DNA from: Mobula hypostoma
Lineage: Eukaryota
Length of the DNA stretch: 64,000 bases
Direction of reading: 5' to 3'
NCBI RefSeq assembly: GCF_963921235.1
Contig: NC_086100.1
Coordinates: forward strand, 204,354,001 to 204,418,000
Both the position numbers and the translations under genes were made by a program. The notes beneath the pieces were generated by a model. The model worked only from the letters and a program-made list of their open reading frames with translations, had not been told where the DNA came from and ran no database searches. Positions 12,910 through 24,445 of this stretch are shown one piece after another (position 1 is the first letter of the stretch; each line of letters begins with the position of its first letter).

Positions 12910-14055
12910 ATGAGGCTACTAAACAAGATAAGAGCCCATGGAATTACGGGTAAGTTACATACATGGATACAGCGTTGGCTGACTGGCATTAAACAGAGAG
13001 TGGGAATAAAGGGATCCTATTCTGGTTGGCTGCCGGTGGTGTTCCACAGTGGTCCATGTTGGGGCTGCTTCTTTTTACATTGTACATCAAAATTTGGATT
13101 ATAGAATAGATAGCTTTGTGGCTAAGTTTGCTGACGATACGAAGATAGGTGGAGGTGCTGGTAGTGCTGCGGAAACGGAGAATCTGCAGAGAGACTTGGA
13201 TAGATTGGAAGAATGGGCAAAGAAGTGGCAAATGAAATACAATGTTGGAAAGTGTATGGTTATGCACTTTGGGAGAAGAAATAAACGGGCAAACTATTAT
13301 TTAATTGTGGAAAGAATTCAAAGTTCGGAGATGCAACGGGACTTGGGAGTCCTCATGCAGGATACCCTTAAGGTTAACCTCCAGGTTGAGTCAGTAGTGA
13401 AGAAGGCAAATGCAATGTTGGCATTCATTTCTAGAGGAATAGAGTATAGGAGCAGGGATGTGATGTTGAGGCTCTATAAGGCGCTGGTGAGACCTCACTT
13501 GGAGTATTGTGGGCAGTTTTGGTCTCCTTATTTCAGAAAGGATGTGCTGACATTGGAGAGGGTACAGAGAAGATTCACTGGAACGATTCCGGGAATGAGA
13601 GGGTTAACATATGAGGAACGTTTGTCCGCTCTTGGACTGTATTCCTTGGAGTTTAGAAGAACGAGGGGAGACCTCATAGAAATATTTTGAACGTTGAAAG
13701 GCATGGCCGGAGTGGATGTGGTAAAGTTGTTTCCCATGATTGGGGAGTCTAGTATGAGAGGGCATGACTTAAGGATTGAAGGGCGCCCATTCAGAACAGA
13801 AATGCGAAGAATTTTTTTTTAGTCAGAGGGTGGTGAATCTATGGAATTTGTTGCCACGGGCAGCAGTGGAGGCCAAGCCATTGGGTGTATTTAAGGCAGA
13901 GATTGATAGGTATCTGAGTAGCCAGGGCATCAAAGGTTATGGTGAGAAGGCGGGGGAGTGGGACTAAATGGGAGAATGGATCAGCTCATGATAACATGGC
14001 GGAGCACTCGATGGGCCGAATGGCCAACTTCTGCTCCTTTGTCTTATGGTCTTAT
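12910..14055 (+). mobile_element. CR1 A1 resumed: RT C-half and 3' tail
   Basis: MRLLNKIRAHG follows FDKV.H at 8903; FADDTK; tail GTCTTATGGTCTTAT. Confidence 0.9.
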
Positions 14056-15420
14056 AGACTTATGAGCATCATATTAGGGGTAGTCAGAAAGGCTTTGTCA
14101 AGGGCAAGTGATGCCTTATGAACTTGATAGAATTTTTTTGAGGATGTAAGAAAACACATTGATGAAGAGAGAACATTGGATGTAATGTACATGGTTTTCA
14201 GTCAAGACTTTTGATAAGGTTCCCCATACGAGGCTCATTGAGAAAGTAATGAGGCAAGGATCCAAGGAGGCCTGTTTAGTGGATCCAGGACTGTCTTGCC
14301 CACAGAAGGGAAAGGGTGGTTATCGATGGTTTGTATTCTGCATGGAGGATGGTGACCAGGGATATTCTGCAACAATCTGTTCTGGGAGCCCTTCTCGTGT
14401 TTTTTTTAAAAGTGACCTTGATGAGGAAATAAGAGGGTGCGTTGTAAGTTTGTCGATGACACAAATGCAGGGGCTGTTGTGGATAGTCTGAACTGTTGTC
14501 AGAGTGGAGCGTGACGTCGATAGGATGCAGAACTGGGCTGAGAGGTGACAGATGGAGTTCAACCCAGTGGCGCATTTCGGTAGGTCAAATTTGAGACAGA
14601 ACACAATATTAATGTTTGGACTCTTGGCAGTTTGGAGGATCAGTGAGTCTGTGTCAATAGCACATGCAGAGCTGCTGCGCAGGTTGACAATGTTGATAAG
14701 AAGGCCTTCATCAACTGTGGGACTGAGTTCAAAAGCCATGAGGTACTGTTACACATATATTCAAGATTCAAAACACTTTGTTGTCATTTTTACCGTACAT
14801 CACCTCTGCAGAGCAGAATGAGACAGCATTTCCCAGGAATAGTGCAATCATAACATAACATATAAGGCCTTAGTTGGATCCCACTTTTAGTACTGTGTTC
14901 AATTCTGATCACCTCACTACAGGAAGTATGTGGATACTCTAGAAAGGGTGCAGAGGAGATTTACAAGGATGTTGCTTGGATTGGAGACCATGCCGTACAA
15001 GAATAGGTTGAGTAAACTTTGGAGCGATGGAAGATGAGAGGCGACCTGAGAGAGTTGTATAAGATGATGAGAGGCATTGATATTGTGGCTAGTCAGGGGC
15101 TTTTTCCCAGGGCTGAACCAGCTGACTTGAGGGGGCATAGTTATAAGACACTTGGAAGTAGGTACACAGGGGATATCAGAGGTAGGTTTTTTACATAGAG
15201 ACTGGCAGCTGCATGGATCACACTGCCAGCAGCAGTGGTAGGGGCGGATAAAATAAGGGACTTTTCAGACACTGTTAGATAGGTACGTGGAGCTGTGAAA
15301 AACAGAGGGCTATGTGGTAGTGAAACTCTAAGCAGATTCCAGAGTGGGTTATATGGTCGGCACAATGTTGTGGGCCGAAGGGCCTGTAGTGTATTGCAGA
15401 CTTCTGTTTCTATGTTTATA
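14056..15420 (+). mobile_element. Old degraded CR1 RT and 3' end
   Basis: Degenerate FDKVPH, MEFN, ERVQRRFT-like DNA; GTCGGCACAA...GGGCCGAAGGGCCTG 3' motif. Confidence 0.75.
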
Positions 15421-15519
15421 TATGAACTCCTCACCTTCTAACAAGGCACCGATCAGGCATCCTGACTGACCATCAAATTCTCTGACTGCATTCCTGTCTG
15501 TATCAGAATGGACTATTTC

Positions 15520-17481
15520 ATAGAACATAGAATAGTACAGCACAGTACAGGCCTTTCGGCCCACATTGTTGTGCGGAAACTCAAACTCTGCCTCCCATAT
15601 AAGCCCCCACCTCCTCCATATACCTGTCTCATAGTCTCTTAAACTTCACGAGTGTATCTGCCTCCACCACTGACTCAGGCAGTGCGTTCCAGGCACCAAC
15701 CCCTCTCTGAGTAAAAAAATCTTCCTCTAACATCCCCCTTGAACTTCCCAACTTTCAGGGATCTGTCGACATGTACCCCCAGATCCCTCTGCTCCTCCAC
15801 ACTACCAAGTATCCTGCTATTTACTTTGTACTCTGCCTTGGAGTTTGTTCTTCCAAAGTGTACCACCTCACATTTCTCCGGGTTGAACTCCATCTGCCAC
15901 TTCTCAGCCCACTTCTGCATCCTATCAATGTCTCTCTGCAATGTTTCACAATCCTCTACACCACCTACAACACCACCAACCTTTATGTCATCTGTAAACT
16001 TGCCAACTCACCCTTCTACCCCCACATCCAGGTCGTTAATAAAAATCACGAAAAGTAGAGGTCCCAGAACTGATCCTTGTGGGACACCACTTGTCACAAT
16101 CCTCCAATCTGAATGTAATCCCTCCACCACGACTCTCTGCCTTCTGCAGGCAAGCCATTCTGAATCCACCTGGCCAAACTTCCCTGGATCGCATGCCTTC
16201 TCTCATTCTTAATAAGCCTACCGTGTGGAACCTTGTCAAATGCCTTACTAAAATCCATATAGATCACATCTACTGAACTACCCTCATCTATATGCCTAGT
16301 CACCTCCTCAAAGAACTCTTGTCAGGCTTGTTAGACACGATCTGCCCTTCACAAAGCCATGCTGACTGGCCCTGATCAGACCATGATTCTCTAAATACCC
16401 AGAGATCCTATCTCTAAGAATCTTTTCCAACAGCTTTCCCACCACAGACATAAGGCTCACTGGTCTATAATTACCCAGACTATCCCTACTACCGTTTTTG
16501 AACAAGGGGACAACATTCGCCTCCCTCCAATCCTCCGGTACCATTCCCCTGGACAACGAGGACATGAAGATCCTAGCCAGAGGCTCAACAATCTCTTCCC
16601 TCGCCTCGTGGAGCAGCCTGGGGAATATTCCGTCAGGCCCCGGGGACTTATCCGTCCTAATGTATTTTAACAACTCCAACACCTCCTCTCCCTTAATATC
16701 AACATGCTCAGAACATCAACCTCACTCATATTGTCCTCACCATCATCAAGTTCCCTCTCATTGGTGAATACCGAAGAGAAGTATTCATTGGGGACCTTGC
16801 TCACTTCCACAGCCTCCAGGCACATCTTCCCACCTTTATCTCTAATCGGTCCTACCTTCAATCCTGTCATCCTTTTTTTCTTCCCATAATTGAAGAATGC
16901 CTTGGGTTTTCCTTTTCCCTACTCGCCAAGGCCCTCTCATGCCCAATTCTTGCTCTTCTCAGCCCCTTCTTAAGCTCCTTTCTTGCTTCCCTATATTCCT
17001 CAATAGACCCATCTGATCCTTGCTTCAAACCTCATGTATGCTGCCTTCTTCCACCTGACTAGATTTTCCACCTCAGTTGTCACCCATGGTTCCTTCACCC
17101 TACCATTCTTTATCTTCCTCACTGGGACAAATTTATCCCTAACATCCTGCAAGAGATCTCTAAATATCGACCACATGTCCATAATACATTTCCCTGCAAA
17201 AGCATCATCCCAATTCACACCCGCAAGTTCTAGCCTTATAGCCTCATAATTTGCCCTTCCCCAATTAAAAATTTTCCTGTCCTCTCTGATTCTATCCTTT
17301 TCCATGATAATGCTGAAGGCCAGGGACTGGTGGTCACTGTCCCCAAGATGCTCACCCACTGAGAGATATGTGACCTGACCCGGTTCATTAACTAGTACTA
17401 GATCTGGTATGGCATTCCCCCTAGTCGGCCTATCCACATACTGTGACAGGAATCCGTCCTGGACACACTCAACAAACTCTT
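15520..17481 (-). mobile_element. CR1 family B, 5'-truncated, with an internal deletion near 15750
   Basis: EN and RT fragments ([31 protein letters not shown]); sequence jumps from RSLKV to GKFKGD. Confidence 0.88.
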
Positions 17482-17999
17482 CACTTCACCCTTCAATCAA
17501 CCTGTGACTTGGCTCAATTTGTCTCTGTCCTTTGGTATTATTTGAAGTTCTGGTCATGTTCCACAACACTACAAAGAGAACTTGTTACTACATGTCTGAT
17601 CCTGGAGATTTGGTAATTACTGGGATCACCTAGCCCCAGCTGATTGACAATCATAAACCCATCAATGGCAATGCCAGTGACTATGATGGGGAGGGCAGTA
17701 GTTATTCTCACTGGAGTGTGGGACGCTTGTGATGTGAAAGCTACGTCTCTTGTCATCGATGACAAAGGTGTTTCATATCGTTATTTACCCAGAGAGGACT
17801 AAAGCTGACGGAAGGATTTATTTTACCATACAGCACTAATTGATATTTTCACTAACTAGAAAGTAGACTCTTCATCCGAGAGTAACTGGACACTATACTT
17901 TTGTTCCGAGTTACTAATCCTTGGATTTACATAGCTGGAGGTCGGCAGTGTTTGGGACATACTCCACGGAGAAAACGCTAGCAGAGTCACCCATGGCTG

Positions 18000-18360
18000 T
18001 CTCTTTACCCAGAAGCCCCCACGCACATGAAACCAGTCTATCCGCCATCCAAGGACCCGTCGATGCGCATGCGCCGCAAAATGGCGGCGCCGCCAGATCT
18101 CATCAGCCGGAAGCTCCCCGTGGGTCGGGTATGGATCGTGGGGCTGAGAGAGAGGGAAAGGACTGGGACTATCCTGAGGTGCAGGACCAGTGTGGACGGA
18201 GCTCATTGCAAATTTTCCTTCAATCCCGGCTCAGACGCCATTGATTAAGTTCCCGCCCGCTGCCCCGCTCCTACCTGCGTCCGATCCTTGAGAGCCTCTC
18301 GTCTATTGAGCGCATGCGCGGGATGCGGGATTGGTGGACCCCACCACGCATGCGCATTAT
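18000..18360 (-). promoter_or_regulatory. CpG-rich promoter/first exon of ZNF gene 1 with donor CAG|GTAGGA (GT at 18274-18273)
   Basis: Three GCGCATGCGC-type (NRF1-like) motifs near 18064, 18310 and 18347; AAAATGGCGGC (YY1-like) at ~18078; inverted homology to 30920-31105. Confidence 0.6.
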
Positions 18361-18361
18361 T

Positions 18362-18710
18362 TTAAAGAGGAGAAAATCTGTGACGCTGGAAAGTTGCTGG
18401 TGAACGCAGCAGGTCGGGCAGCATCTATAGGAAGAGGCACAGTCCACATTTCGGGCCGAGACCCTTCGTCAGGACTAACTGAAGGAAGACTGAGTAAGAG
18501 ATTTGAAAGTGGGAGGGGGAGATCCGAAATGTAGGAGAAGACAGGAGGGGGAGGGATGGCGCTAAGAGCTGGACAGGTGATTGGCAAAAGGCGTATGAGG
18601 CTGGAGAAGGGAGAGGGTCATGGGACGGGAGGACTAGGGAGAAGGAAGGGGGCAGGGGGAAGCCCAGAGGATGAGCAAGGAGTATAATCAGAGGGATAGA
18701 GGGAGAAAAA
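18362..18710 (-). mobile_element. Penelope-like terminal-repeat remnant with degenerate hammerhead motif
   Basis: Minus strand GTC-CTGACGA-AGGGTCTCGGCCC-GAAATGTG-GAC at 18442-18475; same family as 23813-23956, 31238-31378, 49230-49410, 55000-55255. Confidence 0.65.
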
Positions 18711-18714
18711 GACT

Positions 18715-19290
18715 CTGAGTTGAGGAGTCCGACGGCTTGGGGGAAGAAACAGTTTGGTCGTGAGAGCCCAGATGTTTCGGTACCTTTTGCCAGATGGCAG
18801 GAGGGAGAAGAGTTTGTGTGAGGGGTGTGTGGGTTCCTTCACAATACTGTTAGCTTAAAGGTGCAGCGAGTGGTGTAAATGTCTGTTATAGCGGGAAGAG
18901 AGACCCCGATGATCTTCTCAGCTGACCTCACTATCTGCTGCTGGGTCTTGCAATCCGAAACGGTGCAATTCCAGAACCAGGAAGTGAAGCAGCTGCTCAG
19001 GATGCTCTCGATACATCCTCTGTAGAATGTGGTGAGGATGGGAGATGTGGGAGATGGACTTTTCTCAGCCTTCGCAGAAGGTAGAGACGCTGCTGGGCTT
19101 TCTTTGCTATGGAGCTGGTGTTGAGGGACCAGGTGAGATTCTCCGCCAGGTGAACACCAAGAAATTTGGTGCTCTTAACGATCTCAATGGAGGAGCCGTC
19201 AATGTTCAGCGGAGAGTGGTCGCTCCGTGCTCTCCTGAAGTCAGCAACTATCTCTTTTGTTTTGTTCACATTCAGAGACAAGTGGTTGGC
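18715..19290 (-). mobile_element. Rex1/Babar-type LINE RT C-terminal fragment
   Basis: LNVNKTKE...DFRR, KFLGVHL...LTWS, KKAQQRLY.LRRL, THPSHKLFSLLPSGKRYR. Confidence 0.8.
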
Positions 19291-19519
19291 TGTCTCTGAA
19301 TATGAACAATAATATTGAAGGCACTGGATAGAGAGGTCATGGAGGGCTATAGTATCTGGTTATCACAATGCCAAAAAATACAACTTAAATATATAAACAA
19401 TAGGCTCGTTCTGCGGCTTGAGATTCTAAATTGGAGAATGGAGCTTTATTCACAAAATCCTCATAGCCCAGAGTGACTGTGCACTGATCCCAGCAATGGA
19501 ACCCGCCACTACAGCCCCA

Positions 19520-20093
19520 TGTCGCGGCGGATCGACACGATGCAAGAACACCAGTATCACAAACACAATAACGCACGCAATACATGATCAAACTTCACTC
19601 TTTATTCATAGCATACTATGGGGAAGTTACAGACTGATCTCGCAAAGAGCCAGTCCGGACACTACCCTCCCCCGGGTCACAATCCTTCACAATTTATAAT
19701 ATTGATCATTACGTCAACAGGAAATCTTACAATTATGCGAGTTAAGACAGTTTTAGAACAGTTTCGATCACATGTTAATATACTATTCGATGTAAAATCA
19801 TCATTGGTTAGTTATAATGATTTTCTGCCAAAGCCAGCCTGGATACAACATCAGTTCCTTACATTGACACCTTCCCCTTTCTCTCGAACATTCTACCCCC
19901 TACGCTATCCTTCCCATATTTAGTTATACCTTGAGATGTCCCTCCTGTATGACCAGATAGAGGACAATGTCTATTACGTCACGTTTCTGACTTGCCCAAC
20001 AACAGTGAGCTAAGGTGCTCATAAGCTGATTGACCATTAGCTAATCATTGTTCTTAGTCTATACCTATATTTACCTATCGCTGTACTCTAACA
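19520..20093 (-). repeat. ERV 3' LTR (574 bp)
   Basis: Minus strand starts TGTTAG directly after PPT AAAAAAGGAGGGAA (20107-20094) and ends CGACA; TATAAA ~19698-19693; AATAAA 19606-19601. Confidence 0.8.
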
Positions 20094-20109
20094 TTCCCTC
20101 CTTTTTTCA

Positions 20110-21640
20110 TATTATGATAACTAATTAAATGGGGGTCGAGAAGGGCATCATCAGCCTTTCCGAGAAAATTCTACAGCCAACATTTAGGCAAGTCATTATC
20201 ACGCAACGCACGATAAATATAACAATGAGAACAATCAGCCCGTGCAGTAAATAAGACCCCCCAAGATCCTCCCAGCAACCATCCTAACCAGCCATCCCCT
20301 TTCTTAGAACGCTGCCTGAAGTCATCCAATCGTTTCTTAATAGACTGGATGGCATGGGTTACATTATATCTTTCATCAGTAGCATGGGTGATGCATTTGT
20401 CTCCGACTATAGCGCATACCACACCCCCCCCCCGCAACGCTGGGCCAACTGATATTCCACAGTATACCTGGTTTGTTGTGCGTAGAGTCGTAACTCCACC
20501 AATTCTCTGTTAACAGCTTCCAGGCTTTCCACCGTACTGTTTCCCAATGCCGTTAGCTCACAAATGAGGAAGTTGCGGTTCTTTGCAGCTATGGTTCCTG
20601 CCGAACCCCCGAGAGAGAGAGCGCTCAGAAACCCATAGCCCAGAGAAGAGTCCAGAGTAACAGGATCCCTCCAGTCTGCCCAGAATTTCTTACTCATGGC
20701 TCGAGCTGTCAGTCGTCATCAGACGTGGGTGTTCTGGGGGCAGAGAACAGAGAGTGGCTCAATTGTTCCTACTGCAAAGTGGGTAGGTAGAGTGGTGGTG
20801 GCCGTAGTATAGGTGCCGTTAAACAAGAACATGTATCCTGTCTTGGCCCGGTAGCAAGAATTCTTACAGCTTATTATTTTATCATACCATGTGTACTTCT
20901 CGGGATACAGGGCGGAGTACTCAAAAGTCCCTGAACCAGCTGACACATGAGTCCCATTACAATATCCACATACATACTGAATTCCCTTAGAGAGGGGCAC
21001 GCATTGTTCTTGGATACATTCGCAAGAGGATATTCCCTTGTCTATTTTACATCGGTGGTCCAAACAGTATCTCTTCAGGCAAGGTATTTTCCGGCGTACC
21101 CTGGCGAAAACGCATCCCCATCCCTTTCCTGTGAAACAGAAGAGATACTCCCTGGTGCTTCGACAGCGTGTACCAGGTACCCACTCTTCCCCGTCCCCCA
21201 CTGCATGCCGTTCGCGGGTCCCCAAACATTCAGGCTCCGCGGCATAGTTAACAGCTATTCACTCAATACATTTTCCCCTAGTCCCTCTTCGAAACATTCC
21301 CTCTATCCCTTCACATTCTGCCCCTAATCTGTCCTCCACTCAGTCATGTTGTGTCCAGAATAGCCCTGACGGGTTAGCTACGAACAGTGCTTCTACGGTA
21401 CCAAAGGATAACATGCAGTACAATTTCCATGCCGCCGTTGGTGTGCTCGATAAAACAAGCTGTCCTCTAAAGAATCCATTGCAACACGCAACAAAGAAAT
21501 AGGTCCACAAATAATTAATTGCGGCCAGGAAGTCACCTTTTACAGTCACGGAGGTGTATCCAACGTTCCTGGCCTTGTACTTTAACTGCCGTCGGCGATT
21601 GCAGTAGTATCTGGAATGGACCTTTCCACCGGGGTCCAAG
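20110..21640 (-). pseudogene. env: ERV env (SU-TM), disrupted
   Basis: Cys-rich SU; fusion-peptide-like LGYGFLSALSLGGSAG; heptad LEAVNRELVELRLYAQQTR..LAQRGG.CAIVGDKC; WLGWLLGGSWG before a hydrophobic anchor. Confidence 0.8.
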
Positions 21641-23812
21641 TTTGGGACGCTCCCAATCCCTGATCAGCACCGAATCTCCAATTTTCAAATCCGGCCACTC
21701 CATTCCTCATCCTCCGGAATCCTTAAGGGTAGTTTTTACCTGGGAGTGGAGAAACTTTAGGGAGGATGTTAGTTGGCGAATGTACTTCTGCAACTCCTCC
21801 CCCATGATGTGTAGATCCACCTGAGTCGGGGTATCGTATTAGCGTCCCAGGGTGTTCCACCTGGTCGGCCATAAACAATTTCTGCTGCAGATACCCCTGT
21901 AGTGGAGTGCGGGGTAATTCTCATATGGTACAAAGCCAGCGGAAGGACCTTCAGCCAGCTCTGTCCGATATCGGACATTAACTTAGCCAGCTTATTTTTT
22001 CAGGATGCTGTTGGCCCGTTCCACTACTCCTGCAGGCTTCGGATGGTAAGCACAATGAAACTGTTGTTCAATATGTAGCACTTCGCATAGCTCCCTATTT
22101 ATGTTTCCCACCAAATGAGGGTTATTGTCCGAACTAATCTGTCTGGGTACCCCGAATCCTGGTATAACAACCTTACCACCGTGGAAGCTTTATTATTATG
22201 GTCGGAAAGGCTTCCATCCTTCTACTGAACACATCTACAATCACTAAACAATATACAATCGAGCTGAATACATTCAGAAGGACCAGTTGGCAAAGGTTTT
22301 TTTTTCCCGGGGCACACTTTATTCCCTTTCCCGCGTTTGTCTTCTGGCCAATCAAACAGGCTTGTATTTTTGCTGTGGCAGCCTCCTCCAGCCTTGGGTG
22401 CCACCATGTTCGGAGCAAAGTATTACTCATTTCCCTGCTTGCCAAGGTGAGTGTCCGTATGCAGGCAGTCAATTAACATTGGTAGCAAAACATCAGGAAT
22501 ACAAACTTTCCAACTGGGGTATGAGGCCTGTGGACACCGAATGCGCACGTCCGTGTGTCTTCCAGGCTTGTTTTTCTGAATCAGGGGCGTTTCCCTGGAG
22601 TTTTTGAACTGTCGCCCTGTCTGGAGGCCCCGGCGCTCGTGGTGATTTAGTCCTGGTGAAGGGAAATCACTGCTCTGCAGTGGAAACTGTAATAGTCGCC
22701 TCCTGCGCAGCCTGTTTGGCTGCCAGATCGGCTCTGTTGTTCCCTTTAGTCACTGCAGATTCGTCTTTTAGATGAGCCGAACATTTAATAATGGCCAATT
22801 TTTCGGGGAGCAGTATAGCCTGGGGGAGACTCTTTACATACATGGCATTCTGGATGGGGGTCCCGGAGGAGCTGAGAAACCCCCGCTGTGCCCTGAGCTG
22901 TCCAAAATCAGGGGCCATCCCGAATGCGCAGCGTGAGTCTGTATAAACATTGGCCTTTTTTTCCCTTGGCTAAAATACAGGCGCGAGTGAGAGCAAAAAG
23001 TTCTGCATTTTGGGCAGAGACTGGGGGCTGGAGAGCGCCGATTTCGAGCGTGTGGTCGTCGCCGACAACGGCGTGGCCGCAGAGATGCTCCCCGGTCTCA
23101 AAGATGGTGGAACTGCCATTCACGTATAGTTGTGCCCCTGGAATAGCTGCATCTGGGAGGTCGGGGCGTGATGAGGTTAGAAAATGTTTCCGTAGCAGAC
23201 AGTCATGAAGAGGCTCAGTCAACTCAACGGGGGCCGCCTCTAAAAATGTAGCGGGGTTGACGGTATCACAGTATGCAAAAGTGAGGAGTGGGTTATTAAG
23301 TAATGCTATCTCATAACGGCTCAGTCTGGCCTGAGTAAGATGTTGGGTTTGGTGGGAGGTAAGCAGGGCTACAGTGGTGTGGGACGAATGCACTATAACT
23401 GGCTGTTGGAGAGTGATGTTGGAAGCAGCCGTAACCAGTGAATAAATGGCCGGGAGCATCTGCGAACAGTGGGTAATCCCTGAGCTACGGGGTCCCACTT
23501 AGTGGAATAATAGGCAATAGGCCTGCGTCTGTCCCCATGAGTCTGAGTGGCGCAGCCATCTAAAACATTCACAAAAAGCTGGAACAGACGGTCATAGAGC
23601 GGGCGACCGAGAGCAGGCGTTCTCGAGAGTGATTTCTTCAATTCCTCAAAGGCTTCTCTCTGGTGCTCAGTTAGCTTTAGAGGCCCCTTAAGCACACTGC
23701 AAGTCAGAGGGCTCAAATGTCTTGTATACAGAGCAACATTTGGAATCCACTGTCTACAAAAGTTTACCAGGCCAAGGAAAGCACGCATGGCTTTCGGCGT
23801 AGTTGGCAGGGG

Positions 23813-23956
23813 AACACTCACAACACTCTGGAGGAACTCAGGAGGCCGGGCAGCATCCGTCGAAAAGATTGGTTGACGTTTCGGGCCGGAACCCTTCGTC
23901 AGGACCTTCGTCGTGTGTGTTGCTTTGACCCCAGCATCTGCAGATGATTTTGTGTT
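23813..23956. mobile_element. 144-bp Penelope-like repeat insertion with 13-bp TSD inside ERV RT
   Basis: TAGTTGGCAGGGG at 23800-23812 and 23957-23969; contains the hammerhead core. Confidence 0.85.
23871..23906 (-). ncRNA. Putative minimal type I hammerhead ribozyme motif
   Basis: Minus strand GGUC CUGACGA AGGGUUCCGGCCC GAAAC GUC AACC: intact CUGANGA/GAAA/GUC core, GGG/CCC stem II, ACGU palindromic stem III. Confidence 0.65.
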
Positions 23957-24445
23957 TAGTTGGCAGGGGGTCGCAAGGATTGGGATCACCCTTTCAGGAG
24001 TGAGCTGCCTTTTGGTTGCACTCAAAAGGGTTCCCAGAAATCTCACTTGCCTTTGGGCTCTCTTTATTTTCGGGGTGGGATCACGTATCCCCACGAGTGC
24101 AGGGCATTCGGAAGCGTATTGGTGTCATGTGCATTTGATGTCTTTGACGGGCTTGCCAATAGGAGGTCGTCTACGTTCTGTATCACCGTAGAACCCCCGG
24201 GAAATTGTAAATCTCAAAGCTGCCTATGCAAAATCAGCGAGAAAATGGTGGGAGAGTGCACGAGACCTTGGGGTAACCTAGTCCAAGTGTACTGTTGATC
24301 ATGAAAGGTAAATGCAAAAAGGTACTACGACTCAGGAGCAAGGGGAATTGCAAAAACTGCATGTTGCAGATCTACTATGGTGAAAATTTGGGACTCCGGT
24401 GGAATGCTACTTAAAATCATAGCGGGATTAGGGACTACCAGAGCT

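Larger units (their letters stand above)
21640..24445 (-). pseudogene. pol: Class I (gamma/epsilon-like) ERV pol: RT, RNase H, integrase, disrupted
   Basis: FTIVDLQHA, TWTRLPQG, (Y->N)VDDLLL, FLGLVNFCRQWIP, YVNGSS, SAQNAELFALTRAC, KCSAH..GNNRAD.AAK, WLKVLPLAL...R.TP..TTGVS..EI.YGRP. Confidence 0.88.
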
